From Raja brachyura (Eukaryota): DNA of 64,000 nucleotides. The DNA lies in contig OY740803.1 in the NCBI GenBank assembly GCA_963514005.1, forward strand, positions 13,702,001 to 13,766,000. Reading direction: 5' to 3'. Below are positions 1-12,980 of the stretch, one piece after another. Made by a program: the position numbers and the translations under genes. The first letter of the stretch is position 1. Every line of letters starts with the position of its first letter. Under the pieces are notes generated by a model. The model had not been told where the DNA came from, ran no database searches, and saw only the letters and a program-made list of their open reading frames with translations.

Positions 1-877
1 TTATTGCCAACCCACACAACATAAATCTCTTGATTTCAGCCTAATTGACAAGTACATTATTTTACAGGGTCTCTTGGATTTATCAAAATAATAGTGTATG
101 TTTAATTCTCAAGCTGCATCACTGTCTGATGCTTATTCATAGTTATCCTGCAAAGACAGTGGTTGCCACTTTAACTGTGACAGAGTTTACAGTGGGATTA
201 GTGAGCCTTCAATGTTAACTATACAGGATTGGAACCACCGTTACATTTGGGCTAAATAGGTAGGAACGGTAGTGTTTAATCCGTAAAGGACAATGACAAA
301 GGAACTGTGTTTCTAACAAAATCTATCAGTTTCTTGGTCACTTTTTCCGATGATACCAATGTTATTTTATTTATGCTATTTCTCTAGCTTCTCTTCAGGA
401 AATTTCAAACACTCATGGTAAAATGCGAGCATGTTTTGCAGGTTGACTTTAGGTGCTTGCAATAGCGTTTGGTAGAAGTTTCCACAGTCGTGAGAAATGA
501 AAGAATACAAACGCAATGAAAAATATTAATATGAAACAAATAATATTTTTCTAAATAGTAAATCATTCACCATATATTAATTAATGAGACAAATATTACG
601 AAAATATTCTGTAAGAGTAAAAGCTTTTAATTGTTGCATATACTTATCTTCTGAGCTGAATGGTAAGGTTTCTATTGTAAATATATAAATGGATGCTTAA
701 TATCTACTTTATTCATGGCAAAAATAAATTAGAATAAAATATAACAATTTATTGCTGAATCACCAATAAAGGAAACTTGGGAGCACTATGAGGCTGGCAC
801 TGCTGGATTTGCTTTTGGGAAATAGTCGAAACAATTAAAAATGAAACCAGTTCCAATCATCTCAAAATCAATGTTTA

Positions 878-1166
878 TAGAATCATAGAGTGATACAGTG
901 TGGAAACAGGTCCTTCGGCCCAACCTGACCACACCGGCCAACATGTCTCAGCGACACTAGTCCCACCTGTCTGCGTTTGGTCCATATCCCTCCAAACTTG
1001 TCCTCTCCATGTACCTGTCTAACGGTTTCTCAAACGTTGGGATAGTCCCAGCCTCAACTATCTCCTCTGGCAGCTTGTTGCATACACCCACCACCCTTTG
1101 TGTGAATAAGTTACCCCTCAGATTCCTATCAAATCTTTCCCCCTTCACCTTGAACCTATGGTCCTC
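878..1166 (-). mobile_element. CR1 LINE 3' fragment
   Basis: HRFKVKGERF..FTQRVV..NKLPEEIVEAG..LDRYM (ORF 957-1199) plus 3' UTR. Confidence 0.85.
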
Positions 1167-1224
1167 AATGTTTTGGGGTAGGATCAAACCATAAACCATT
1201 TATAAAACATTAGTGATCAAAATA

Positions 1225-1762
1225 GCTGGGGTTTTCCCGACGGGCCGCGTGCGGCAAAAGAACTACTGACGGGTTGTGGCCTTACCCCAGCAGCAGGTCT
1301 GGCTAAGACGCCGAGGAAACCAGGACCCTCGACTGGAGTGGGGGCCGTATCCGAGACTCATCCCCTGCTCGTTCCTCAGAATCGAGAGGAGGGTGAGTGA
1401 GTCGTGGGCGGCGGTGGATGCTGAACAAAGGGCCGCTAAGAAGAATCGGGAGTCTTATCTTTTCGCCCTCAAGATTAGCTGTGGGAAACGCTCCCGGGGC
1501 CCAGGGATGGCCGGACCAGGAGAGGGACGATGGTTCGCTGGACGACCCAGATCATGGCGACGGCTACAACAGGCCTACATGGCCAGAAACCTTTTGGTGC
1601 CAAAACCTGGCGACTCTTGGATATGGAGTCGGTGGGCTGTTACTGTGCATTCCGTACTTAATCTGGAATTCTACATACGTGTAGCAATAATCTTAATGAT
1701 CTGTATGCAAAAAAACAATATCACTGTACCTTAGTACATGTGATAATAAGGAACCATTGAAC
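1225..1762 (+). mobile_element. GC/CpG-rich interspersed repeat with a Rex1-type tail
   Basis: Sharp GC-rich island in AT-rich DNA ending TCACTGTACCTTAGTACATGTGATAATAA; overlapping ORFs lack recognisable motifs. Confidence 0.5.
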
Positions 1763-2254
1763 TTTTAAGCCATTATGGGTGAATGCAATAAAAAATGCTG
1801 GTAATAATTAGCAGATCAGGCAGTATCTGGGGAATGAAGCATCAATGAGCTGAGAACTTTAGTTGCATTTCTTCCTCCACTGGTGCTGCCGGAGCTGCAG
1901 CAATTTGTTTTTGCTTTTATTTTAGTTCCCAAACATCAGCAGCCTTTTGCTTTTACGTTTGCATTACTTTTTCATGATTTGACACGTAATTTTAACATCA
2001 AACATTCCCAGGTCAGGGAGAAAATAAATAACTAAAAAGTCAAATATGAATAGTCCAACAATTCAGCATCCTGGGGACTTTGGTGCTGTTAATGTCCATT
2101 AATACAACAATACATTTTTAATTAATCTTTTCTTTAGATGATACAAATTTCCAATGAAGCAAGTGGAGGGAGGGATCGAAATACAGCACTAGTTTGTTCG
2201 TAAAGGGAGCACTTTAATCTTTTCATTGCTGCGCTAATCATTTTTTCATGTTCA

Positions 2255-2642
2255 TATCATATGATAGGAGCAGAATTAGGCCATTCTGCCCACCAAAAGT
2301 ACTCTGCCATTCAATCATGACTGATCTATCTCTCCCTCCTAACCTCCTTCTCCTGCCTTTCTCCACAACCTTCTGTGGCAATGAATTGCAGATTCACTAC
2401 CCTCTGACTAAAGAAATTCCTCCTCAACTTCTTCCTGAAGGAACGTCCATTAATTCTGAGGCTACTATTGTCTATTGTCCTAGACTCTCCCACTAGTGGA
2501 AACATCCTCTCCACATCCACATTATCCAGGCCTTTCACTATTCGGTAACTTTCAATGAGGTCCCCCCCTCATCCTTCTAAACTCCAGTGAGTACAGGTCA
2601 GGTGCCATCAAACGCTCATCATTCCTGGGATAATTCTCGTAA
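2255..2642 (-). mobile_element. CR1 LINE 3' fragment
   Basis: KGLDNVDVERMFPLVGESRT..FFSQRVVNL; internal deletions. Confidence 0.85.
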
Positions 2643-2683
2643 CTCTTAATTTTATTGCTTAATAAAGAGTAGTATCCACTCAC

Positions 2684-2758
2684 CAGTTTCACACAGATGA
2701 TGAAAGGAGGTCTGGCTTCCATGAAATGGCAAATGGGAATTTGGGGCTTTGGTTTGAT
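2684..2758 (-). CDS. B3GNTL1: B3GNTL1/QTGAL coding exon (fourth in window); terminal exon not found in window
   Basis: tgcttcttctag|ATC...AAA CTG|gtgagt; 75 nt, phase 0-0. Encodes IKPKPQIPICHFMEARPPFIICVKL (compare RPKPRIPILHF...RPPFVICVKL). Confidence 0.92.
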
Positions 2759-3660
2759 CTAGAAGAAGCAAGAACATTTGTCAGGGTTCCGCAGTGATTA
2801 TTCTAGCAGAATACTGAACTGACAACGAATCCAGTCAGACAGACTGATGAACAAAGAAAAACAGGGACTTCTACCTACATAATATCATTTGAAATTTTAC
2901 TGTATGGCAAGTGTGTTATATAAATGTAAGTTGCTGTTTTCTAAGAGAATCTGTAAATGTGCAACACCTTGAAGATACTGTGTGCACTTGTAGATTTAAA
3001 GAGTTTAATCTGTATTTTAATCATGATTAACCTTTGGAAGTTATACAATAAATCAGTTTTGTTCCTAAATGGACTGTGAAAATGAACATAAGCATTGCCA
3101 TGTGGTCAAACATATACTTTAGAAATCACACAGTGCTGGAGGAATCTGCGAGATGGTCTGGAGATGGGTCTCGACCTGAAAAGTTGCCTGTTTATTCCTT
3201 CCACAGATGTTGCCTGACCCGCTGAATCCCTCCGGCACTGCGTTTTTGACTCAAGATTCCAACTTCTGCAGTTCCTTGAGTCTCTATATTGACAGAACAT
3301 ATTGCTGGCCATATTCTATGAGATTTATGGCTTACAGATATCCATAACTGCAGATGGTAAAATATTCAATTATAGAATTATGTTGACCACTTACAGGGAG
3401 ATATTCTTCGGTCGCTAGAAAGTGTTTTATCATTACGTCTGCCTCTGGCCCAGGGTATCTCAGTTATTCAGGAAATCCAATTGATTGTCAGATGAGGAAG
3501 AAATGTTGTAAAGTTCAAGTTAAACGGCTCGGCACAGAATGTAACGGGATGCATACACGTTGCCAGCACAAAATGGAAACTGCAGACACTGGGATCTGCC
3601 ACAAAAAAACAAGCTACTGGACGAATTCCGCAGGTCAGCTGAGTTACTCCAACAACTTGT

Positions 3661-3963
3661 TATTTAGTTTGGCGATACAGCGTGGAAACAGACCCTCCGT
3701 CCCACCGAGTCTACACCGACCAGCGATCCTCACACATTATCACTATCCTACACTCACTAGAGACAATTTAGATTTACACCAAGTCAATTAACCTACAAAC
3801 CTGTACGTCTTTGGAATGTGGGAGGAAACCGAAGATTTCGGAGAAAACCCATGCAGTCACGGGGAGAACGTACAAACTCTGTACAGACTGCACCCACAGT
3901 CGGGATCGAACCTGGATCTGACGCTGTTTAGCACTATAAGGCAACAACTCTAACGCTGCCCCT
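3661..3963 (-). mobile_element. HE1-type V-SINE
   Basis: tRNA-like head (GGTTCGATCC B box), V-domain TTCCTCCCACATTCCAAAGACGTACAGG, CR1-like tail. Confidence 0.85.
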
Positions 3964-4912
3964 TGTTATGTGCCAGTAAAAAATGGTTACACCTTACCCA
4001 GAGCCTGTGGTGATATGGTGCAAATGCAGATGTAAGAACAAATTATGGTCAAGGTCACCTTGTAGGAGGAAAAATCTTATCTCTGGGTGGCATGTCTAAT
4101 TCTATTCTTAATCTGTCAATTGGCGATACAGCATGGAAACAGGTCTGTTAGCCCATCGAGTCGATGCCGCCCATTGATCACCTGTTCACACTAGTTCTAC
4201 GTTATTCCACTTTCTCATCCATTCCCCACATGCCAGGAGCAAGAACCTTCAAACCTGCACGTCTTTGGACTGTGGGGGGAAACTGGGGCACCTGGAGGAG
4301 ACCCTATGTCGACGAAAATTCTATGGAACCTCTGTGGATATACGGTCAAAAACATACGGTTTGGTGTAATCAAATGTCTAACGTTCAGTATCGTTGAAAC
4401 ACAGAAGCCCAACCCTAAACATAGAACTGCAAGGGAAATCAAGTAATGAGAGGGTTAAATCTGTACCAGCCAGTGATTCTTACCAACGTGCAAAATGATA
4501 TTACTATAAACTGTAAGTTAAGTTTCATTTGGATCTTATCATTAATCTTTACTGTTTTATAATCCCTAAACTAGTTTGTGAAGATGATATTCCAGGCTCC
4601 GCTCTCTCAAGTTACACAGTATTAAGCAATCAACACACATAAAAGGTAGCCGTAACGGACATTTGGGTATTAATTATAAAGCTATAATATCATCAAAGGA
4701 TTGATAATAGATGGTGTTGACAATGTGAAAAGAACCACAGAGGATTTCAGGCACAAACTGAAGTCTTATAAAAATGTTTTTTTCCCCCTCCAGATCTTAA
4801 CATTTAAGCACCATAACATCTCAATGCCATAAGAAAAGACTCTGAGAAGATGAGTGTAACACACAATCTCATAACCAAAGGCTCATTGGAAAATAATTTG
4901 AAGAAAATCACT

Positions 4913-5146
4913 TGGGCAGCAGAGTGGCTCAAGGGTAGAGTTCTGCCCTACAGCGCCAGAGACACAGGTTCAATCCTGACTATGTGTGCTGTCTGTACGG
5001 AGTATGTATGTTCTCCCTGTGACCTCCCACGTTCCAAAGATGTACAGGTTAACTGGCTTCTGTAGGTAGGATAGAAGTGGTGTATGGGGATCGCTGTTTT
5101 GTGCAGATTCAGTGGGCCAAAGGGCTTGTTTCCACACTGTATCTTC
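4913..5146 (+). mobile_element. HE1-type V-SINE
   Basis: tRNA-like head, V-domain and tail. Confidence 0.8.
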
Positions 5147-5334
5147 AGTGACACGAGCATTTTGTGTCTATCAAGGGGATGAGGTATGGGTAGGGATGAG
5201 TGGGGATGGGGTGTGAGGTGATGGCATGGAGGTGAGAGGGCTTGGGCTGCAAAGACGGGTATGTGGCTGTGGAAGTGAGGAGGTGGTCAGCGTTGAGAGG
5301 GTATAATTTGGGGGTGGGATATGAAGGGTGGGTG

Positions 5335-6105
5335 TGTTAATATTGGCTAAATTAAAGACACCATAAAATGGAGGATCCCTGCACTTGTCAGAGTTGCTTA
5401 ACCCTTGTCAGTTGAACAGGCCTTGATTGGCGCCAGCCAGTCTAGGCTCAGACTGATATGCAGGATGGTAAGGGGTCCAGGTGTTCTCCCTGTATCTCTT
5501 AAATTGATAACATATATAGCGGTTTTGCAGACTAACCTTAAATCCATCCTTTCTATTGGGTCGCTGCAAAAGCATTGTAAACAGTATAAATATTGTTGCA
5601 AGACGGTCATCCTGTTAATTGATGATTGGTCGAACTGTTGAGCCTTTGAGAAATTGTTTGAATCTCAGGGCACATGTTTCAATGTTTGTTCTTGTTTGCT
5701 TCCTTCGAGAGCTTCCTTTCTTATACAATGTATTAGCTGCTGTATTATTGGGTTAGAGAAATGTCTGTTATGTATGGGGTTAATCGATATCTGTGATTGG
5801 ATTAATAAGAGACCACCCTCATGTGGTTCGGCCCCTCGAGGTCCCGGGACATATAAAAGTCCGCTACCACAAGGTCCAGCGTCGATCTTCTGGGAGAGCG
5901 CTTGGGACTTTCTGGAGTGTCTCTGTTTGAGCGAGGCCTAGAGGGCTTGAACAGGCAGATACGAGGATCTAACCTGCGGTGGGATAGGTACAGTAGTTGA
6001 ACTGTACTGCGCTTTTGTTAAGATAAAGATTAGTTGTTCAAGTGCTTGATTCAGTGATTTTACTGAAACTAGGCTGGGGGGAAGCTTAGAAACGAGCAAT
6101 TTACA
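5335..6105 (+). mobile_element. Solo LTR (Gypsy- or ERV-type), 771 bp
   Basis: TGTTAA...TTTACA termini; 4-bp TSD GGTG (5331-5334, 6106-6109); TATAAAA 5852-5858; homologous to 61266-62033. Confidence 0.88.
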
Positions 6106-6224
6106 GGTGTGGACGTGGTGTGAGAGGGGATGATATGGGCATGGGATTGTGTTTACTGCTGATCTCTGTGTGCTTCTGCTCACATGTATGTGTTATTAAG
6201 CAGTGTTCACAAAAAGGAATTTAC

Positions 6225-6293
6225 CTTTGATTCTTCATACGTGTAGAAGCCCTTTGTTATCTTACTTTGATCCACATCACAAAAAGAGACAAC
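6225..6293 (-). CDS. B3GNTL1: B3GNTL1/QTGAL coding exon (third in window)
   Basis: tttctgcctag|GTT...TCA AAG|gtaaat; 69 nt, phase 0-0. Encodes VVSFCDVDQSKITKGFYTYEESK (compare VVAFCDVDENKIRKGFY). Confidence 0.93.
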
Positions 6294-7796
6294 CTAGGCA
6301 GAAACAAGGCAGAGACCGCAGAGTTACTACAGACGGAAGCAATCCAATCCATCACACTCAAACAGAGGGGGTGTGTAAATGTGAGAAATCTTGGGATAGA
6401 AGATTTATACATTTCAAAGATATGGATTTCTGGGTTCTGCGAGTACTATCACAGTAAATCCCAAATGATTGTCAGGAGCAATGTGTTGCAGCAGGTAGAG
6501 CTACTACCTCACACTGCCCGAGACCAGGATTTGATCCTAACCTCGGGTGCTGCCTGTGTGGAGTTTGCACATTCTTCCTGTGACCACGTGGGTTTGCTCC
6601 GGGTGCTCCAGTTACCTCCCACATCGCATGGGAATGCGGGCTTGTGGGTTAACTGGCCTCTGTAAATTACCCAGAGTGCAGAGAGAGTGTCATAGAGAGT
6701 GCGGATCTGGCCCAATTGTAGATAGACACAAAATGCTGGAGTAACAGCGTGTCAGGCAGCATCTTTGGACAGAAGTAATAGGTGACGTTTTGGATCGAGA
6801 CCCATAATGATCACAAGGCGCCATCTACACTTGTCCCACCTGCCCACAATTGGCCCGTATCCCTCTGACCTTTCCTGTCCGTGCACCCATCCAAATGTAT
6901 TTTAAATGTTGTTATAGTCCCTGCCTCAACTACCTCTGCTGACAACTCGTTCCATACATCCACCGCCCTCTGTGTGAAAAAGGTATCCCTCAGGTTCCTA
7001 TTAGATCTTTCTCCCGCACCTTAAACCTATGGTTCTTGACTCCCATCCTCTGCATAAAAGAGTGGATGCGAAAGTGCGATAACATAGAATTAGAGTGAAC
7101 AGGTGATCGATGGTCAGAGTGGACTTGGTGGTCTGAAGGGCTTGTTTCCCTGCTGTATCTTTGCTTTGCGCTGATTGTATACAAAGGTGAACCTTGTAAC
7201 ATAGATGGAGACCCTCATTAATAAAGCAGTAGTGGGCTAAGACCTACCTTTCCAGCTGGACTTTCTTACAGCCAGCTGTGGACCATTTATATGGGAACAG
7301 TCTACATTCTCGAACCACTCATGATTTTTGACCCAATCGGGCTGGGGAATCTGCCGCTGAACCTGTGCCATGTTAGTTCTGGCTCCGGAACTGCACGTTC
7401 GATTATTTCAAAGGAAAGGTTCGGCTGTGAGTGGCAAATGTTAGCAAATTTACAGCTTTTTAAACAATTTATTAATATTAATTGAGCTTCATCAATTATT
7501 TGTTTTAACGTTTTACGTGTTTTCAGTGATATTATTTCATTAACTAAATATATTTAATTAATGGGCAGAGATATTTGGAAACATTCAATGTTTCTGATGG
7601 CCAAATAAGCCTGAAAATATATTCTTGCCGGCTGCGAAAAATGTAAGATGCTCTCAGACGCTTCATGGTAGGCCTGTTCTGAACTCTAATGCTATTGTCT
7701 ATGAATCTGATTTTGGTATTGTCATTAGTTTATTACTGTCATGCATACCAAGATACAGTGAAAGACTTTGCTTGTGTGCTATTCAGCCAAATCATA

Positions 7797-8655
7797 CCAG
7801 TTAGTTTAGTTTATTGTCACGTGTACTGAGTGAAAAGCTGTTGTTGTGTGCTAACCTGCCAGTGGAAAGACAATACATGATTACAATCAAGCCATTTACA
7901 GCTTATTGGTACATTATAGGGGAATAACGTTTATTGCAAAGTAAAGCCAACAAACTCCAATCAAGGATAGTCTGAGGGTCACCAAAGAGGTCGATAGTAG
8001 TTCAGCACTGCTCTCTGGTTGTGGTAGGCTGATTCAGTTGCCTGATAACAGCTGTGAAGAAACTGTCCCTGAATCTGGAGGTGTGCGTTTTCACACTTCT
8101 ATACCTTTTACCTGATGGGAGTGGGAAGAAGAGGGAGTGGCCAGGGTGCGACTTGTCCTTCATTATGCTGCTGGCCTTGCCATGGTAGCGTGAGGTATAA
8201 AGGTATAGAAGAGAGGTTGGTTTGCGTGATGATCCGGGCTCATCCACAATTCGCTGCAATTTCTTGCGGTCTTGGATGGAGCGGTTCCCAAAACAAGTTG
8301 TGATGCATCCTGATAAAATGCTTTCTATGGTGCATCTGTAGAAGTTGGTGAGAGTTTTAGGGGACATGCCAAACTTCCTTAAGGGCCTGCCCCACTTTCA
8401 CAACCTAATTCACGAACTCTGTTGATTTTGTCCTTGACTCATACTTGCAGCATGGTCGTCACGAGGTCGTAGGAGGTTGTAGGTAGGTCGTAGCAGGCCG
8501 TGATATTAGTCGTAGGTACTCGTGGCCTCAAGTAGGTCGGGGCGTTTTTCTAGCCTGATGAAAAATGTCCACGAGTAAAAAAAGGTTGTGAATTAGGTCG
8601 TGAAAGTGGGACAGGCCCTTAAGCCTTCTAAGGAAGTAACAGCATTGGTGTGATT
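7797..8655 (-). mobile_element. Rex1/Babar LINE 3' fragment containing a MITE
   Basis: LTNFYRCTIESILSGCIT..KKLQRIV..HPGHSLF.PLPSGKRYRS..RFRDSFF; (CTAAA)n tail. Confidence 0.88.
8383..8618. mobile_element. MITE (PIF/Harbinger- or Kolobok-like) inserted in a Rex1 fragment
   Basis: ~33-bp TIRs GGGCCTGCCCCACTTTCACAACCTAATTCAC / GTGAATTAGGTCGTGAAAGTGGGACAGGCCC; TTAA on both sides (8379-8382, 8619-8622); internal GTCGTAG repeats. Confidence 0.85.
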
Positions 8656-8994
8656 TACATGAGGACAATCAAGGCATACATAAGTACCACAGATAATGCA
8701 CAGAGAAATATACCAGAGTGCAAAATATAGTGTTGCAGCATTATAGCATTACAGCAACAGAGAAAGTGCAGATTTTAAAAAAGTGCAAGGTAGGTGGGGA
8801 GATTGGAACTATATCCATAGCTTATGAGAGGCCTGTTCAGTAGTTGGACAACAATGAGAAAGAAGCTGTTTCTGAAACTGGTGGTACAAGCTTTTTACAT
8901 TTTCTACCTGACATGAGCGGGGAGAAGTTGGAATGACTGGGGTGTAAATGATCCTTGATTGGCTGCTTTCCTGAAGCAACGTGAATTGTAGATG

Positions 8995-9285
8995 GTAGAC
9001 AAAAATACTGGAGAAACTCAGCAGATGAGGCAGCATCTATGCAGCGAAGGAATAGGTGACATTTCGGGTCAAAACCCTTCTTCAGACTGATGTGGGGGTG
9101 GGGAGGGGGGGTTCGGGAAAGAAGAAAGGAAAAGTGGAGTCAGTAGGCTGTGGGAGAGCTGGGAAGGGGAGGGAGGAAGAAAACAAGGACTACCTGAAAT
9201 TGGAGAAGTCAATGTTCATACCGCTGGGGTGTAAACTACCCAAGCAAAATATGAGGTGCTGCTCCTCCAATTTGTGGTGGGACTC
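8995..9285 (-). mobile_element. Penelope 3' end with hammerhead motif
   Basis: Minus strand encodes KLEEQHLIFCLGSLHPSGMNIDFSNF; CTGAAGAAGGGTTTTGACCCGAAATGTC at 9058-9085. Confidence 0.8.
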
Positions 9286-9386
9286 AAGCATCCTATCAGG
9301 AAGCTTCGCTACTTAGTATGGCAACAGCTCTGTCCAAGACTGCAAGCAATTGCAGAAAGTTGTGGATGTAGCCCAGTCCATCACGC

Positions 9387-9743
9387 AAATTTTTAAGGGG
9401 TTGGACAGGCTAGATGCAGGAAGATTGTTCCCGATGTTGGGGAAATCCAGAACAAGGGGTCACAGTTTAAGGATAACGGGGAAGTCTTTTAGGACCGAGA
9501 TGAGAAAAACATTTTTCACTCAGAGGGTGGTGAATCTGTGGAATTCTCTGCCACAGAAGGTAGTTGAGGCCAGTTCATTGGCTATGTTTAAGAGGGAGTT
9601 AGATGTGGCCCTTGTGGCTAAAGGGATCAGTGGGTATGGAGAGAAGGCAGGTACAGGATACTGAGTTGGATGATCAGCCATGATCATATCGAAGGGCCGA
9701 ATGGCCTACTCCTGCACCTATTTTCTATGTTTCTATGTCTCTA
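9387..9743 (+). mobile_element. CR1 LINE 3' fragment
   Basis: KGLDRLDAGRLFPMLGKSRTRGH...GYGEKAGTGY*; same subfamily as 24308-25073. Confidence 0.9.
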
Positions 9744-9744
9744 T

Positions 9745-10420
9745 GAAGCTCTCAACTATCACTTCGGCACCCTTGACGCTGACCAACACATGCACACCTT
9801 GTTTCCTGAAGTCATTAACTAGCTCCTCTGTCTTGCTTGCATTGTGGGAGAGGTTGCTGTCTTGACACCATGTTACAAAACAACCCATCTCCTTACTGGG
9901 CTCCGTTGTGTCATAATTTGAGATCCGGCCCACCCTGGTGGTGTCATCTGCAAGCGTGTCGATGGAGTTAGAGCAGAATCTGAGCTTATGGGGAGGATCG
10001 TGAGGGACTGAGAACACAAACGTGCGGGACACTGGTGTTGAGAATTATTGTGGAGGATGTTTTATCATCGACCCTTGCTGATAATGATCCGTGGGTCAGA
10101 AAGTCAAGAACCCAGCAGCAGAGAGGGTTGCTGAATCCACAATCCAGGAGTTTGGAGAAGCGCTTGGTTGGGGTTATGGTGTTGAAGGAAATTCTGTCGT
10201 CAATGAATAAGAGTCTGATAGTTGTTATCTTGATGTCACAGTGATGAATATAGGGCAACAGAGAAGGCATCTGCCATGGATCTGCGGCCGTGGTAAGAGA
10301 ACTGCAGTGGAGCATGGCTGTCCGGGAGGCTGGAGTTAACGTGCTTCATGACCAGCCTCTCAAAGCACTTCATCATGTTGAATGCTAAAGCCACTGGACA
10401 GGTAGTCATCAAGCCATGTG
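9745..10420 (-). mobile_element. Degenerate Rex1/Babar RT fragment
   Basis: MKCFERLV, LFID..FNTI, LADDTT, NLSHNASKTEEL spread over frameshifted ORFs. Confidence 0.82.
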
Positions 10421-10769
10421 TTTGAAAGAGCTGCGGATGCTGGTCTAAACCAAAGATAGACACAAAATGCTGGAGTAACTCAGCGGGACAGGCAGCATCT
10501 CCGGAGAGAAGGAATGGGTGATGCTTTTGGTGGAGACCCTTTTTCAAGCCATGCCACTGTGTTTTACTTTGGCACCTGGATGCTACTGGTCTTCCTAAAG
10601 CAGATTGGAACCTCTGAATGGAGTAGGGAGAGAATAAAGATATCCATGACTACGGCTTCCAGCTGGTCCGTGCAGAACCTAATATCATGGCCAAGGGCTG
10701 GATTGGATCTAGTGCTTTCTGCGGATTCACTCTCAGGAAGGCCAAAGCTGTCATCGGCATCAGTGACAT

Positions 10770-10928
10770 GTAGGAAGGAACTGCAGATGTTGGTTTACAC
10801 TGAAGATGGACACAAAACGCTGGAGTAACTCAGCAGGACAGGCAGCATCTCTCATGCAAAACCTCACCCATTCTTTCTGTCCAGAGATGCTGCCTGTCCC
10901 GCTGAGTTACTCCAGCGTTTTGTGTCTA
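10770..10928. mobile_element. Palindromic Penelope derivative nested in Rex1 debris
   Basis: Inverted arms GACACAAAACGCTGGAGTAACTCAGC / GCTGAGTTACTCCAGCGTTTTGTGTC. Confidence 0.75.
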
Positions 10929-11924
10929 ACTGCAACAGGGACCATAGGTACAAATACGCTTGAGGCTTTCGGGGTGGATGCCATCATTCCCTCGACCTTC
11001 TGATTGGAGTGAACATGCAATGCATAGAGCTTGGTGTAATTGCAGGTTCTGTAAACTTTACTTAGGCTGTTACAAATAAAAACAAAATAATGGATTATTT
11101 TACCAGGCTTGGTGGTGGGGGAGATCCAACTGGTGGGGGTGGGTAGAGTCCAGCTCTTTAAGGTGATGATTAAAAAGTTAAGGTAGTAATGATGATATCT
11201 GGCACAGCTAATCTAGTCCCCTCGAAGGGGACTTTTCAGCAAAGGGTAATTGGGTCTAAAAATAGGTTAACCAGCATCAACAAATATATTTGCCTTTTAA
11301 ATATGATATAAAACCACAACATATCTCTTCATAAACTGTTCTGAACAATTGGTTGTGTGCTAACATTTTCTTTCAGTTGAAAAATCTAATGAATCATCAT
11401 TTTTGTATTAAAAAAGTGTTCCTTTGTAGAAGAGAAAATCTTAACAACAACACAACCACGTGCTGGAATTCAGCCATAAGCACAGCGGACTCCTGCAAAT
11501 GAGCCACAACTGAGAGCCTCATAACTAATGTGCTGAATGCAAAATATTTTCATTAACCCTGGAATCTGAAGCACGCCAGTAAAGGGCAAGTAACATTAGC
11601 TAGGTTACACAGAATAGAAAGATGCTAATGGATATGGCTTTGGAGAACTGGCATATTGTTTTTCTGAAACAGGACATCTGGCCCGTAAAGTTTGCATCGC
11701 CTCTGATCAAATTAGTGGAGAGCTTTGAATTCCTTTCAGGATACTTGGGCCATTATGCACAAAATGTAGAGTGACATACATGCTGCAGATTTCAGCAAGT
11801 ATCAGTCTGCACAATATCTCAACCTCTGCAACCCTAACACAATTGTTAACATTTGGAAACGGACTACTTAAAAAAATTATGTCATCAAAATCTACTTCCG
11901 TAAATATTTCATAATTGCGCGTGC

Positions 11925-12203
11925 TGCGTTAGAGTTGCTACCTTACAGCGCTAGAGACCCGGGTTCGATCTTGACTATGGGTGCTTGTCTGTACGGAGTT
12001 TGTATGTTCTCCTCGTGACCATGTGGGTTTTCTCCGAGATCTTCACATTCTTCCCACATTCCAAAGACGTACAGGTTTGTAGGCTAATTGGCTTGTTATA
12101 ATTGTAAATTGGCCCTAGTGTGCGTAGGATACTGTAAGTGTGCGAGGATTGCTGGTTAGCGTGCTCGGTGGGCTGAAGGGCCTGTTTTCATGCAGTATCT
12201 CTA
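11925..12203 (+). mobile_element. HE1-type V-SINE
   Basis: GGGTTCGATC B box, V-domain and tail. Confidence 0.85.
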
Positions 12204-12550
12204 ATCAGTGGAAATTCCAAAATGTATCCACTTTCTCTTTGCAGTTTACTATAAATAGAATCTACAGCAGGAATAAAATCTTTGGCTTATTCAGATTTTG
12301 CATTGAAATCAAAGCATATTATCCAAATCTCAATCCAAGGTTTTTTAAAATGCTCGTTGAGAACAAGTTCTGAAAGTTTGTGGAACAATGTGACCATCAT
12401 ATCTGATTTAAGAATGTCAGACACCACAGAATATAAAAGATATCATGAAGATTGCGGGCGGAGGTGCTTGTTTCCGTGCTTTATGTCTGCACGGCATTGT
12501 GGAAACACAAGGAACTGTGGATACTGGAATACAAATAAAACCCCACAAAG

Positions 12551-12767
12551 TGCCTTACAGCGAATGCAGAGCCGGAGATCCGGGTTCGATCCCGACTACG
12601 GGTGCTGTCTGTACGCAGTATGTACGTTCACCCCGTGACCTGCGTGGGTTTTCTCTGAGAGCTTTGGTTTCCTCCCACACTCCAAAGACGTACAGTATTT
12701 GGTTAATTGGCTTGGTAAATGTAAAAATTGGGTGTAGGATAGTGTTAATGTGCGGACTCGGTGGGCA
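12551..12767 (+). mobile_element. HE1-type V-SINE ~80 bp from the exon donor
   Basis: B box and V-domain; truncated tail. Confidence 0.85.
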
Positions 12768-12844
12768 TAGTACAAAGGGCAAAAAGAAGCATTGATGAAT
12801 TTCTGAATTGTGGGCCTGCAATAACGATTTTTGTTTCCACATAC

Positions 12845-12980
12845 CTTTTTCTGGTTGGCAGCTGACAGATATCTGTATAACTTCCTCCCCTGTTTCCCAG
12901 CATTCCAAATAGTAAATGAAGGCCAATCGTTTAAAACTCGCTCCTCCAGAAACCCCACACGTTCCTTCCAAATAGTCTCC
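12845..12980 (-). CDS. B3GNTL1: B3GNTL1/QTGAL coding exon (second in window)
   Basis: ctttccatag|G GAG ACT...AAA AAG|gtatgt; 136 nt; phase-2 start matches the upstream exon. Encodes [45 protein letters not shown], containing the B3GNTL1 motif [11 protein letters not shown]. Confidence 0.95.

Noticed and set aside
1276-1734. 152-aa ORF as a novel gene
   Set aside because: GTG start, lies within a GC-rich repeat with a LINE-type tail, no recognisable domain.
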